A stretch of DNA of 64,000 bases from an uncultured virus (IMG/VR IMGVR_UViG_3300034071_001628). Lineage: Duplodnaviria; Heunggongvirae; Uroviricota; Caudoviricetes. Positions 34,064-48,300 of the stretch are shown here, piece after piece. The notes under the pieces were generated by a model, which was given only the letters and a program-made list of their open reading frames with translations, was not told where the DNA came from and did no database searches. The stretch's first letter is position 1. Each line of letters starts with the position of its first letter. The DNA is taken from IMG/VR virus record IMGVR_UViG_3300034071_001628, one strand, 5' to 3'. Position numbers and translations under genes: made by a program.

Positions 34064-34465
34064 ATGGCAGTTCAACGCATTTCACGCGGATTTAAAGATA
34101 TAAGTTTGTCCTTTGAACCTCACCCTGTTACAAAGGACTTGCCTGTATTGAAAAATGAAGCTGCTATTCGTCGCTCAGTGAGAAATATTGTTGAAACGAT
34201 CCAAGGAGAGAGATTTTTTGACTCTCTCTTTGGATCTGACGTTTATTCTACATTATTTGAATTTGTTGATGCAGGTACAGCATCAGTTCTTGAAAATGAA
34301 ATTGCAGAAGCAATTTCTAATTATGAACCAAGAATTTCTAATTTAGTTGTTATTGTAGAAGCAAGACCAGATGATAATGCTTTTGAAGTAACCGTTAATT
34401 TTGATATTATTGGTCAAGAAATACCAACACAAGAATACACATTTATATTAGAGGCAGCAAGATAA
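34064..34465 (+). CDS. gp25: baseplate wedge subunit gp25
   Basis: FKDISLSF..HPVT.D...AIRRSVRNIV.T..GERFF...FGS, YEPRI. Confidence 0.93.
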   Translation: MAVQRISRGFKDISLSFEPHPVTKDLPVLKNEAAIRRSVRNIVETIQGERFFDSLFGSDVYSTLFEFVDAGTASVLENEIAEAISNYEPRISNLVVIVEARPDDNAFEVTVNFDIIGQEIPTQEYTFILEAAR

Positions 34466-34466
34466 A

Positions 34467-36374
34467 ATGCCTTTCACTAAATTTACGAATCTAGACTTCG
34501 ATCAAATCAAGACTTCAATCAAGGATTATCTCCGTGCGAACAGCAACTTCACGGACTTTGATTTTGAAGGTTCTAATTTCTCTGTCTTGTTAAATGCCCT
34601 AGCATATAACACTTATATTAATGCATTTAACACGAATATGGCAGCCAATGAGGCATTTCTTGACTCAGCAACTCTTCGTGAAAACGTCGTATCTCTTGCC
34701 AGAACGATAGGATATGTTCCTCGCTCTAGGACATGCTCCAGAGCGTCTGTAACGCTTCAGGTGGGCGTTAGTAGTTCATTCACCAGCCCTACCCTAACTC
34801 TTGAAGCAAGGGGTCCTGTGTGCGTTGGAACGGCATCAAATGAGAATTCATATATCTTTTCAATCCCAGAAAATATAACTACCACAGTCACAAATCAGAC
34901 AGCAACTTTTGGAACTGCTGACGAACCAATTGAGATTTACCAAGGAACTTTACTGAAAAAGACCTTTACAGTTGATGGTAGTTTAGACCAAAGATTTATC
35001 TTAGATAACTCATATATTGATACTCAGACTATTATAGTTAAAGTAAAAGGTACATCAGATACAGGGGTAGGTAGAGAATATCAAAGAGTTGATAATATTC
35101 TGAGCATTAATTCAACTTCTGAAATTTATTTAATTCAAGAGATACAGGATGAGAAGTATGAATTACTTTTTGGTGATGGTTACTTTGGTAAAAAACTTGA
35201 AAATGGCACAATCATCACAGTAACTTATATTGTTACTGATGGTGAAGAGGGGAATGGAGCTACAAATTTTGCTTTTGCAGGTACATTTGTTGATTCTCTA
35301 GGAGGATCTGCAACGGTATCTTCTACAACCTTAACTACAGTTAATAAGTCTTCTAATGGAACAAGCATTGAACCAGTAGAATCAATTAAATATTTTGCAC
35401 CAAGATTGTACTCAGCACAATATAGGGCAGTAACAGCTAGAGATTATGAAGCGATTATTCAATCAATCTATCCAAATACAGAATCAGTATCTGTTGTTGG
35501 GGGTGAAGAATTAAATCCACCTCAATTTGGAACAGTTCAGATAAGTATTAAACCAAAAAATGGAGATTTTATATCTGACTTCGATAAAGATTTTATTTTA
35601 AGTCGATTAAAAAATTATTCACTGACAGGTATCAATCAAAAAATTATAGATCTGAAGGTTCTTTATGTTGAGATTGATTCATATGTCTATTATAATTCTT
35701 CACAAGTTAATAATGTCAATGATTTAAAAACTAATATTACCAATTCACTACAATCTTATTCTAATTCTGTTGAGGTTAATAAGTTTGGTGGTAGATTTAA
35801 GTATAGTAAAATTTTGAATGTAATTGATAATGTAGATAGATCAATTACTTCAAATATTACCCGAGTAAGAATTAGAAGGAATTTAAAAGCATTAGTTAAT
35901 CAATCTGCTCAATATGAACTTTGCTTTGGAAATGCTTTCCATGTGGATTCTGCTGGATTTAATATTAAATCCACTGGATTTAAAATTTCTGGAGAATTGG
36001 AAACAGTTTATTTAACAGATGTTCCAAATGCAGATAAGAAGACTGGAATTTTATCAATCGTAAAGCAAATCAAAGAAAATAATACAAATAGAGTAATTAT
36101 TAAATCTGCTGGAACTGTTGATTATGTTACTGGAGAAATAATGCTTTCAACTACAGTTATTACAGAAACTGAACTAGAAAACAATATTATTGAGATTCAA
36201 GCATATCCAGAATCGAATGATGTTATTGGATTAAAAGATTTGTATTTGGATTTTGATGTTTCAAAGAGCACCATAAATATGGTAAAGGATACTATTTCTT
36301 CTGGTGAGAAGATTTCAGGAGTAGGATTTAAAGTAACTTCAAGTTATTCAAACGGAGAGCTAAAGAGAGGATAA
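34467..36374 (+). CDS. gp6: baseplate wedge subunit gp6
   Basis: LDFDQIK...FTDFDFEGS...FLDSATLRENVVSLA; RAVTARDYE. Confidence 0.95.
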   Translation: MPFTKFTNLDFDQIKTSIKDYLRANSNFTDFDFEGSNFSVLLNALAYNTYINAFNTNMAANEAFLDSATLRENVVSLARTIGYVPRSRTCSRASVTLQVGVSSSFTSPTLTLEARGPVCVGTASNENSYIFSIPENITTTVTNQTATFGTADEPIEIYQGTLLKKTFTVDGSLDQRFILDNSYIDTQTIIVKVKGTSDTGVGREYQRVDNILSINSTSEIYLIQEIQDEKYELLFGDGYFGKKLENGTIITVTYIVTDGEEGNGATNFAFAGTFVDSLGGSATVSSTTLTTVNKSSNGTSIEPVESIKYFAPRLYSAQYRAVTARDYEAIIQSIYPNTESVSVVGGEELNPPQFGTVQISIKPKNGDFISDFDKDFILSRLKNYSLTGINQKIIDLKVLYVEIDSYVYYNSSQVNNVNDLKTNITNSLQSYSNSVEVNKFGGRFKYSKILNVIDNVDRSITSNITRVRIRRNLKALVNQSAQYELCFGNAFHVDSAGFNIKSTGFKISGELETVYLTDVPNADKKTGILSIVKQIKENNTNRVIIKSAGTVDYVTGEIMLSTTVITETELENNIIEIQAYPESNDVIGLKDLYLDFDVSKSTINMVKDTISSGEKISGVGFKVTSSYSNGELKRG

Positions 36375-36375
36375 T

Positions 36376-39300
36376 ATGATTCAAACTGGTATCGAATCAA
36401 AGGTAAAGGCATATCAAATTATTGAAAATCAGTTACCTGCATTCATATTAGATGAAAGCCCAAAGGCATCTGAATTTTTAAAACAATATTATATTTCTCA
36501 AGAATATCCAAGTGGTCCATCGGATATTTCTGAGAATTTTAATTCTTACATTAATCTTGACAACTTAACTCCAGAAGTTATTGTTGGATTCACTTCAATA
36601 ACTTCTTCAATCACCTCTACTAGCTCAACAATCAATGTTTTGAGTACAAAGGGATTTCCCCAATATTATGGTTTGCTAAAGATTGATGATGAAATTATTA
36701 CATATACTGGAATTACAACAAACTCTTTCACTGGATGTGTTAGAGGATTTAGTGGAATTACTAGTTATAGAGATTCAAATAATCCAGAAGAATTAGTTTT
36801 TTCAGAAACAACCGCATCTTCACATACGCAATATTCTTCTGTACAAAATCTAAGCTCTCTATTTTTAAAAGAATTTTATAATAAAATCAAATATTCTATT
36901 GCTCCAGGTTTGGAAAATGTTGATTTTGTTTCCGATTTAAATGTTGGCAATTTTCTAAAAGAAGCAAGATCATTCTATCAGTCAAAAGGTACTGAAGAAT
37001 CTTTTAAAATCCTCTATAAAGTTTTGTATGGAGTTACTCCAAAAGTAATTGACCTAGAGCAATTTCTTTTTAAACCATCTGATTCAGAGTACATTAGAAG
37101 AGTTATTATTTTAACCGAAGCAATTTCTGGAAATCCAAATAATTTAGTTGGGCAAACAATTTATAGTTCTTTAGATACTAAAACAAGTGCAGCTGTATCT
37201 GAAGTAGAAATTTTAACCAGAAAAAATAAAGTATATTATAAACTAGGTTTATTCATTGGGTATAGCGATCAAGACTTAATTGAAGGTGACCTTACAGTAA
37301 CAGCAAATACTAAAGTAATTGGTGATGTTTCAATAGGATCTTCAATTATTACTGTAGATTCGACAATTGGATTTGAGAAATCTGGGACAGCAATATCTGG
37401 AAATAATACTATTGTATATACAGATAAAACTGTAAATCAACTTTTAAATTGTTCAGGTATATCTGAAAATATTTCGAACAAAGATTCGATAAGATCAAAT
37501 CAGACAATTTTTGGATTTGAAAATGGAAATTTAGATAAGAAAGTAGAATTAAAAGTATGTTCCATAATTTCAAATTTACAGATGATTGAAGATAAAGCTT
37601 TAAATCTTGAAAATGAAAAAATTTATATCAAACACCTAGGTGACTTAATAAAAAATCCAAGCAACCCCAACGACAGAACTTATAAGCAAATTTTTGCAAA
37701 TTCTTGGGTATATAATACTAGCTGTACTTTTGAAGTTGATTCTTTTAATCTATCATCTAAAGTTTTTACTTTAAAATCTGATATAGATTCTTCTAGTTTA
37801 AAGGTTAATGATAGAGTTGATATTATTAATGCTGTTACTGGTTCTGTTAGAATTTCCAATGCAAAAGTAACAGGTATTGATGGGGGAACAAAAGAAGTTA
37901 CCTTAAGTTATGTTGGATATACCACTTCGACTTCGATACCACATCTATTAAGAAGAATCATTAAGAAAACATCTAGTGAATTAGTACCGTTGAAGTATGG
38001 TAATGATACTTTATTTGCAGATGTTCAGAATGTGTATTCCGATGATGCAAATGAATTTATGTATGTGGCATCGAATTCTTTGCCATCATACACTTTCAGA
38101 CTTGATGCAACACCATCCAAACCATCAATAAGAGTTGGTACAGCTTCGACTTTTATTGGCGCAGCAACTACTCAAAGCGGTGCAATTCAAAAAGAACTAT
38201 CAGATGATGATTATTCTATTATTTCATTCCCAACTTCTATACCATTTTTGACAGGAGATGCTGTAATCTATAGTCCAGAAACAACACCAATATCTGGACT
38301 TGCTACAGGGAAATATTTTGTAAAAGTATTAACTGATCCAAAACAAATAAAATTATATGCATCAAATTCATTTATTCAAATAGATGATTATATTACATTC
38401 AATCCTCTTTCTCCTGGAGTTGGTGGAAAGCATAGTTTTGTAGTGGAATCTAAATTTAATAAAAATATTGAACCACAAAAATTATTAAGGAAATTTCCAC
38501 TTAGAGAAGTCATCAAAGATAATGATGGAGTAGAGAATGATAAAGAGTTTATTGGAATGTTGGTCAATGGTGTCGAAATAAAAAATTATAAATCTCAAGA
38601 TAAGATTTATTATGGACCATTAAAATCTATAAGCATTTTAAACTCTGGAATTGATTATGATGTAGTTAATCCACCACAAATAATTGTATCTGGACCACCA
38701 ACTGGATCTGGTACAACTTCACTTGTTCAACCAGTTATAAGTGGTTCTGTTAAAGAAGTACTAGTAGATCCGCAAAATATTGAACTTGAAAAAGTTATTT
38801 CATTAAGTATTCAAGGTGGTAATGGTAGTGGATGTTTATTAGAACCTATTGTAGAAAAAACTTTTAGAGAAGTTGATTTTGATGCGAGACTTCTGAGTAA
38901 TTTTGGTGGCGTTGGCGAAACTGCAGAAACAATAACATTTCTATCGAATCACGAATTTTCAAATGGTGAAGCTGTAGTATATAAATCTAACGGAAATTCT
39001 CCAGTTAGTATCGGAACATATCTTGGTTCAAATGCTGATCAAAATAGATTCCTGCTGGAAAATGCAACTTATTTTGTAAGGGTTTTAAATAATAAAACTG
39101 TTAGATTGTATCCATCTTTTAATGATTACATAACTGGAATTAATACAGTTGGATTCACAACAGCGTCAAATACAGGAATCCATAAGTTTAGAACTTATCT
39201 CGGTAAAAAGACTTTAAAGTCAATTAAAGTCTTAGATTCTGGGTCTGGATATCAAAATAGAAAACTATATGTTAAACCAGTAGGAATTTCTACAATAGAG

Positions 39301-42300
39301 CATACAATTAGTTTTACTGATCATAATTTTAAAGAGGGTGATATTGTTGAATATCAATATACTGGCACCCCAATTTCTGGTCTATCAACATCAAACAGAT
39401 ACTATATTATAAAGAAAGATAATGATTCCTTTAGATTGGCAGATGCTGGAATAGGTGCAACAATATCAACAAATTATACTAGAAATATTTTTACTAAATT
39501 TTCAAATACTGGAAGTGGATATCATATTTTTAAATATCCAGATGTCAGTGTCACAGTTAATGTTGCATATGGATCGACGAATGTTGGTGTAATTACATGC
39601 ACACCCATTGTTCGTGGTAGTATTGTTGATTTGTACCTATATGAATCTGGTAGTGGATATGGTAGTACAGTTTTAAACTTTGAAAGAAAACCCAACATAT
39701 CAATTAAAAATGGTAAAGATGCTACTCTTTATCCAGTTGTTCTTGCAGGAAAAATTGTCAGAGTAGATATAAGAAATAAGGGAACTGAGTATTATTCAAC
39801 CCCATCATTAACGGTAGTTGGTGAAGGTAGTGGAGCAGTCTTACGCCCAATAATTAATAATGGTCAAATTGTTAATGTTGTTGTAATTAATTCTGGAATA
39901 GGATATACACAATCAACAACATCTATCAAGGTAGTTTCTGCTGGAAGAAATGTAAAACTAGAAACAAAGGTTAGAGATTTAACTTTAAATGATGCAAAGA
40001 GATATGGATCTGAATATCTACATCCAAAATTAAACACTGGGTTAGAATATTGCAATATTTCCTACTTAAATGAACTTGCAACAAATGAATTCAATGATAA
40101 CGGGTCTTCTCATTCACCAATTATTGGGTGGGCATATGATGGAAATCCAATATATGGACCATATGGATATAGAAATCCAATTAATTCAGCACAAGGTATA
40201 GTCATATTAAAACCAGGATATGTTGAAGATACTTCAGTTATCGTTGATAGACCATCTGGATTTGTGCCAGGATTCTTTGTTGAAGACTATAAATTTGATA
40301 ATTCTGGAGACTTAGATATACACAATGGAAGATTTTGCAAAACTCCAGACTTTCCAAATGGAACATATGCATATTTTGCTGGAATAACAACGGATGGATT
40401 ATATCAACCAAAATTCCCATATTTTATTGGCAATAGATTTAGGTCTCTATATGCTGAAAATAATTTAGATCAAGACTTTGATTTTTCAAAATCAGATCTA
40501 GTTAGAAATACTTATCCATATAAAATTTCAGATGAATACTCTCAAAATGATTTTATTATTGAAGATGACTCACAATTTAATCAAGAGTCGATAATTACAT
40601 CTATTGAAAAGGGTCAAATAAAAACAGTTGAGGTTACAAAAAACGGCATTGACTATAAATTAAATGATGCATTAGTATTTGATAATTCGAATTCAAATGC
40701 TGAAGGTGCATCAGCTGTAGTTTCTTCTCTAAAGGGTAAGACAATAACATCTATTGCATCATCAACTATAGAATATTCTAATGCGGTTCTAACCTGGGAA
40801 GATAAAAATAAAGCAAGAGTTTATATTACACCATTCCATGTATTAAATAATCGTGATATTGTATCAATATCTGGTCTATCAACATTTGTTCCAAAAATAG
40901 CTGGAAATAGACAGGTATCAATATCAACAGATAGATTTACCGTATTTAAAGATATTCCATCAAATCCAGTTACTCAATCTGGTTTAGTAACAGACATTTA
41001 TATTTCTACTATACCAAATACCCTTTCTATAGGTTCAAGTATAGGAATAGGTACTGAAATAATGTCAGTACTAAATATTTTTTCGGAAAGAAAATTATTA
41101 AGAGTTAAAAGGGGTGTAAGTGGGACTTCTCACACAACTAGCACTTTGGGATTTGTATATCCCAACTTTATTGAAATTGGATTACCATTACAATATTTTG
41201 ATTCGGATTTAAATTCAAAGGTATATTTCAATCCAAATCAGTCTGTTGGTGTTGGTACAACATCTGGAGTTGGAGTAGCAGTTACTTATTCTCTAGGAGA
41301 ATTAAATTATCAAATAGATATTCCTACACAAAGCATTTATTTACCAGATCACCCATTTAAAACAAATCAAAGACTTATCATTAGGAAGAAGAGTGGAGAT
41401 CCTATTTCTGTTTCAAATACAGAAACTTCATCACCATTTAATTTGCTAAACTCTTCATTTGAATATGTCTATGCTATTAACAAATCAAAAGACTACATTG
41501 GTATAGTAACTCAAGTTGGTCTAACGACAAATACTAAGGGTTTGTTCTTTAGAACAAATGGTTCTAATAATTTTGAATATTCATTTGAACCAACATATAA
41601 TCAAATAACATGCACCATTCAAAAAAATGATGCCGTTGTATCAGTATCCACAGCACATGGACTTATTCCAGGTGATTCAGTTACTTTAAATGTTGTTCCT
41701 AACCAATCTGTAGGTATTGGAACTTCTACTGCGGTTAAATTAAAATTTGCGTCAGATATTCAAAAGTTATTGGTTAATCCAGTAGGTTTCAATTCATATC
41801 GTGTTAATCCAGCATTAGATACAATAAACATAACATCACATTCATATAAAACTGGTGATAAAGTTTATTATTCAGCATCTGATTTAGTATCTTCTGGGCT
41901 ATCGACGGGAGTTTATTATGTTTATAGAGTAGATAAAGACAATATCAAATTAACAATAACTTATGAAGACTCCGTATCCAACCCACCAGTAATAGTTTCA
42001 ATTGCATCTACTGGTGGTTCTAATCAAGCATTGTCCTTAGTTAATCCAAAATTACAACCAATCAAAGGAAATAATTTAGTATTTGATCTAAGCGATTCTT
42101 CATTGAGTGGTTACAATTTTAATCTATACTCAGATAAAGACTTTAATAACAAATTTGTATCAATAGCAAATACTTCAATCATATCAACAATTGGTGTTGG
42201 AACAGTTGGGGTGACTAGCACTGCTAAACTTACTTTAAATTATTCAGAGTTACTTCCAAATTCTCTATTTTATAATATTGAAAAATCTGGATATATTTCT

Positions 42301-45300
42301 ACAGCTGATGTTAGTGTAAGAAATTATTGTGAGATTTCTTTCATTAATAGTTACTATAATCAAAATTATTCTGTTGTTGGTGTAGGAACAACTACGTTTA
42401 TTGTCTCACTATCATCACAACCAGAAAATACTTTATATAACCAAAATAATACTTCTGCTCTAGAGTATTCTACCACCTCAAAAACAGCATCTGGACCTAT
42501 TGACAAAATTTCTGTTAATTTTAGTACAAAAACTTATAAAACTTTACCTGGCATAACAAGTATCATCACTGATAATGGAAGAGATGCTAATTTATTTGTA
42601 AAATCTAATGAAATAGGTAAAGTAAGAGATATAAGAATTATAGAACAATCTTTTGAATATCCTTCTGATAATACTCTTAGACCTGAAGCAAATATTCCAC
42701 CAACGATTAAATTAAAAGATTCATTAACAATTGATAGCATTGAAGTTATTGATGGTGGTAGAAATTATAGCTCCGCACCAGAAATTGTGATTGTTGATGA
42801 CGAAACTGGGGAAAAGGTTAATAGTGGAATATTAGTTCCAAAAATAAATTCAAATTCAATATCATCTGTTGAAATTTTTGAATCTCCAACTGGACTTAGT
42901 TTCAACTCAAAAACTTTATTTACGACTAATAACTCAAATGGAGTCGGTATTTCCACCATACAATCATCTGCTTCTGGCATAGTAACTTGTTTCTTAACTA
43001 CACCTCTAGTTGGATTTACGACTAACGTGTTTAATGCGGGAGACTTAATTTTTGTAGAGGGTATTACAAAAAATGGAGTAGGTGGATCTGGATTTAATTC
43101 CGAAGATTATGGATATACATTCTTCACTGTTTCTTCTTATGAAAATCTTATACCAGCTATAGTTAGATTTAATCTATCTGGATATACAGCAAATCCAGGA
43201 ATTGCTGATACAATACAAGGTTCTTATGCGACAATTACAAAATACTCAAACTATCCAAAATTCAAAGTAAATCAAAAGAGAACTGAATTTTTAGTAGGGG
43301 AGAATTTATATTTAAATAATCTACCTTCAGATCTTTACATTTCTGCAGTTCTAAAAGATTATATCAAAATATCTGGTAGAGATTCATTTAAAGAATCTGA
43401 CATTGTTAGGGGAACAGAATCTGGTTCTGTGGGAACTATTTCGGAAATTATCCATAGTAGAGGTAAATTCAATGTTGGATATGGAGTAACTGCTTCTCTT
43501 GGTTGGAAAACAAATAGTGGGCAATTAAATAATGATATTCAGGTTTTACCAGATAATGACTATTACCAAAATCTCTCATATTCTGTAAAGAGTACAATCC
43601 AATATAAAGACTCAATTGATACAATCAATAGACTTTTACATACAACTGGACTTAAAAACTTTGTAGATACTGAAATTATATCTAATAAAAAAGTCTCGAT
43701 CGGATCTACTTCTGTAGATGGTCTAATAATTTATGATGTAAGTGAAGATAAGAGAGTTGATACAATCTACGGATTTGCATTATCAAAAGATACTTCTACT
43801 CAAAATGGGACATCTAAGTTCTTAAAGACTTTTAATAAAAAGTTTGTAGATGGTTTGATTTGCAAAACAAATAGAGTTCTATCAATAGATGATGTTAGCG
43901 ATCAATTTACAAATAAAGAAAATGTATCAGATACATTTATTGATTTGGATGAATATACAGATTCCTTTGCAAGATTCTTAGTTCAGATTAGAAATACCTC
44001 AGGAACTCAAATAGCACTATATGAATTATTGCTGATGTATGATAATAACCAGGAATCAGTATTTACTCTAAGAAAGGGATATTTATCAAATACTGGACTT
44101 GGTATAACATTCTCTCCTGGATTCGAAACTGATGCATTAACTACTATATGGAAAGAAGAGGAATTTGCTGATGTAACTGGAAATATTGATACATTTGATG
44201 TTCTTTCCCTGAGATTTACACCAAATGATCCATATGATACTGATTATGACATAAAATTTATTAAGGAAGTTTTAAATCCAAATGTTGTTGGAGTTGCATC
44301 AACTTCTATTGGTCTGGTTAAAAACCTATCTACAAATACTTTAGTTTCTGCTGGTTCTACTGCAACTATTTTTGAATATCCAGCTAATCAATATGATGCT
44401 GTCCATTCAATGTTCCATATTTCTAACTTGAATGATAATACAATGAATTTTGTGGAAGTTTATTTGAGTCATGATGGAACAAATACTTATCTAGCAGATT
44501 ATTACTTTGATTCTAATTCTTCTGAAGGAATATCTTTTAATGATTTTGGAGAATTTGATGCTTCTTTAGTGGGTGGGACATTAACATTAAAATATACAAA
44601 TCCAACTACGTCTCAAGTTAGAGTATTAACTAATGCAGTTGGATTTGGTTCAACATCTGCTGGAATTGGAACAATTAGATTTATAAATGATTTCCAACCA
44701 GAAGGTACGGAGAGAAGTGCAAAATACCAATCCAATTATGTTGTTGGTACTGGTGTTACAACTATCCTAACATGTACATCCTCAGAGATTACATCAATCA
44801 AATCTTTAGTTAGTGTTAGCTATGGTTCAACATATGCACTACATCAGATACTAACAATCAATGCCGATGGAACCGATGTATTTTCTACACAGTATCCTTT
44901 CTTATCGGTTGGAAGTACCACGGGTATTGGTACTTTTGGTGCAGATATTTCATCTGGCAATGTTCGAGTAAGATTTTTCCCAGATGCATCAGTAACTGGT
45001 ATAGTTACTATTAAGTCATATAATGAAATAATTTATACCGATTTAGATTTAGAAAATTCTTACCCAGAAATAACCTATGGATTTAATAGAACACAAAGTA
45101 TCGGAATAGGATTATTTGATTCATTTAATAGTAAGAGAATCAATAAAACGGAATTTGAACTAGAGTATAATAACACTCCAATTTTTACAAAAGAATTTAA
45201 TCCTCAAGATAGTTCAATTTTAAACCCAGCAACAGGTAAATTCACAATTCCAAATCACTTCTTTAGTACTGGAGAAGCTTTAATTTATAAACCTGGTTCT

Positions 45301-48300
45301 ACTATTGCTGGAGTTTCTTCTGCGCCTGTTGGCATTGGTTTAACTGCAGATTCTGTTGGAGTAGTGACAAACAGACTTCCATATAGAGTGTGGGCTATTA
45401 AAGATAATAACACCGAATTTAGAATTGCAACAAGACCAGAATATGCAACCGCTGGAATTTCTGTAACTTTCACGACTTTAGGTAGTGGAAATGCACATAT
45501 ATTTGAGATGGTTAAGAAAAATGAAAAAACCATAATTGCAGTTGATGATGTCATTCAGTCTCCACTCGCTTGGACCCCAATAGTATATACAGTTGATGGT
45601 AATGGTGGTTTCATTGGAACAGGAGAAACTGTTTTCTCAATCAGTGGAATTTCTTCAATTGTGACTGGTGATATTATTAGAGTTGAAGATGAGTATATGA
45701 AAGTCGCTGGAGTTGGACTAGGAACTACCAGCACTGGTCCAATATCTACGGGCATGATTAAATTAGTCAATGTTGAAAGGGGATTTGTTGGTACAGTAGC
45801 TACCAGTCATATGGATGCTTCAACAGCTAGAGTTTATAAAGGTTCTTACAACATTGTTGGAAACAAAGTATTCTTTACAGATCCACCAAAAGGAAGTGGA
45901 TTAGTAACTTTAGATGATAGCGGACTTCCAAGACCATTTTCTAAATTTAATGGTAGAGTTTTCTTAAGACAAAATTATGAAAATAATTTAATATATGATG
46001 ATATTTCCCAAGACTTCACTGGTATTGGGCAGACTTTTAGACTTACTATTGCTGGCGTCAATACTAGTGGTATTGAGACTGGAAGTGGATTAGTTTTAAT
46101 CAATGGATTATTCCAGACACCAACAACTGTAAATAATGCGGGTAATAATTTCTTATATGGAGAAAGTGCTGGAATATCCAGTATAACATTTACTGGTATT
46201 ACATCTACTGATGGAACAAAAGTTACATCTATTTCGGATGTAAATCAAAATCAATTCCCAAGAGGCGGTTTGATTGTTTCTCTTGGATCAACAAATGGAT
46301 TAGGTTTTGCACCCCTTGTTGGTGCTTCTGTGACTGCTGTGGTTGGTGCAGGTGGTTCGATTGTATCTGTTGGATTGGGTAGTACAGATATTCTTGGATC
46401 TGGATATAATGGACTTACAGCAATTGGTGTTAGTGTTTATCAACCTGGACATACTGGAGTAGCAGCTTCAATTAGAGCCAATGTTGGAGCTGGTGGAAGT
46501 CTATCATTTACTGTTATTGTTGGTGGAAATGGATATACAGCAAATCCTGATATTTTAGTTTCCGAACCAACTTATGAAAATCTACAAATCACTGGGGTTT
46601 CTAGATTAGGAATTGGATCTACTACCACTACTGGACTAAATGCATTAATTTCTTTAGAAGTCGGTCCAAATTCAAATCCAATAACTTCTGGAAGAAATGC
46701 AGATGCTGCAAGATTGATTCTTGCAAATAAGACGTTAATTGGTGAAGTTGCTGTAGGTAGAATGTTAGCGGCATTCCCAGCATTTACAGTTCCAGGTGGA
46801 AATCAAAATTGTATTGATGATATTGTTGATGTTTTAGAGTGTATTACATACAATCTCCAATATGGTGGTAATGACTCAGTATATGATGCTGGTAAGATTT
46901 ATATCGACAATGCGTACCTTGCTGGAGAGGAAGCAGAATCAATCTATGCATTCCAACAAGCAAGAGATATGGCAATTCAAGCCATGAGAAATGAGTCTAT
47001 AACCATTGGTGGGTACTCTAGTGAAACTCAAGTCTTTGATTATACTATTGAAGGTGATATTTCTGAATTACCTGGAGTATATAACCCTGGAGATTGTGCT
47101 GATGTTGCCTCAGCAATCACAACATTTGTTGGTATTGTAACATATGCTGTCGGTCTAGGAACAATACCTGGTTCAAGAACTATCGCGCCAGGATCACTAT
47201 TTGAAGTTTCCAAATTCATTATTAATAGACCTGGATATGCATTTGAAATTGGAGATGTATTTAAACCAGTTGGTCTAGTTACCGCGAAAGGTTTGGTTTC
47301 TCCAGTAGCAGATTTTCAATTAACAGTCCTTGATGTTTATTATGATAAATTTGCATCATGGCAATTTGGACAATTAGACTTTATTGATTCAATTAAACCA
47401 CTTCAAAATGGAACTCGCTCCGTATTCCCACTCAGATACAATTCCGAGCTAGTGAGTTTTGAAAAAGATGAGAAAAATAATGATTCCGCACTCATAGATT
47501 TAGATGCTGTCTTACTAGTATTCTTAAATGGTGTATTACAAGAACCAAAATCTGCTTATATATTTGATGGTGGTTCTTCAATTCAGTTTATTTCAGCACC
47601 TAAAGTTGAAGATAATATTTCCATATTCTTCTATAATGGAACTAGAGGTGTTGATAGCGAACAGACTGATATTTTAGAGACGATAAAAATTGGAGATTCA
47701 GTATTTGTTAATAGGGCAAATGGAATTTCAACGTCATTGTCTCAAATTTCTCAAAGAACTGTTTATGATATCCCAACTTCAGATACACTAGAGACAGATC
47801 TTTATCAAAATATTGGAATTGATGAATTTAATTATCGCTCTATAGATTGGTCTAAGCAGAAAAGAGACTTAATTATTAATGGTGATATTGTTTATAAAGA
47901 TAGGGATTCTTTAGAGGGTCAAATTTATCCAACAGCAAGAGTTATTAAAACAATTCAATCTGGAGATAATGAAATATTTGTCGATAACGCTAGATTCTTT
48001 AATTATGAAGAGGATGAATCCAGTATTAACATTCCATCATTTGATGCATTAATAATTGAAGATAAGTCTCCAGTTGCTGCTGCAATTTCTGCAACAGTAT
48101 CAGTCGCTGGTACTATATCTGGATTAACGATAACCAATGCGGGATTTGGATACACAACTGCAACAGTTTCTGTTAAGTTTTCAGCTCCTAAGAGATCTTC
48201 AGTTGGTGTTGGCACAACTGCTGGACCACAAAATTCTACTTCAATTGCAAGTGCTACTGCAACAATTGTAAATGGTTCTGTGTCTTCAGTAACTTTGGTA

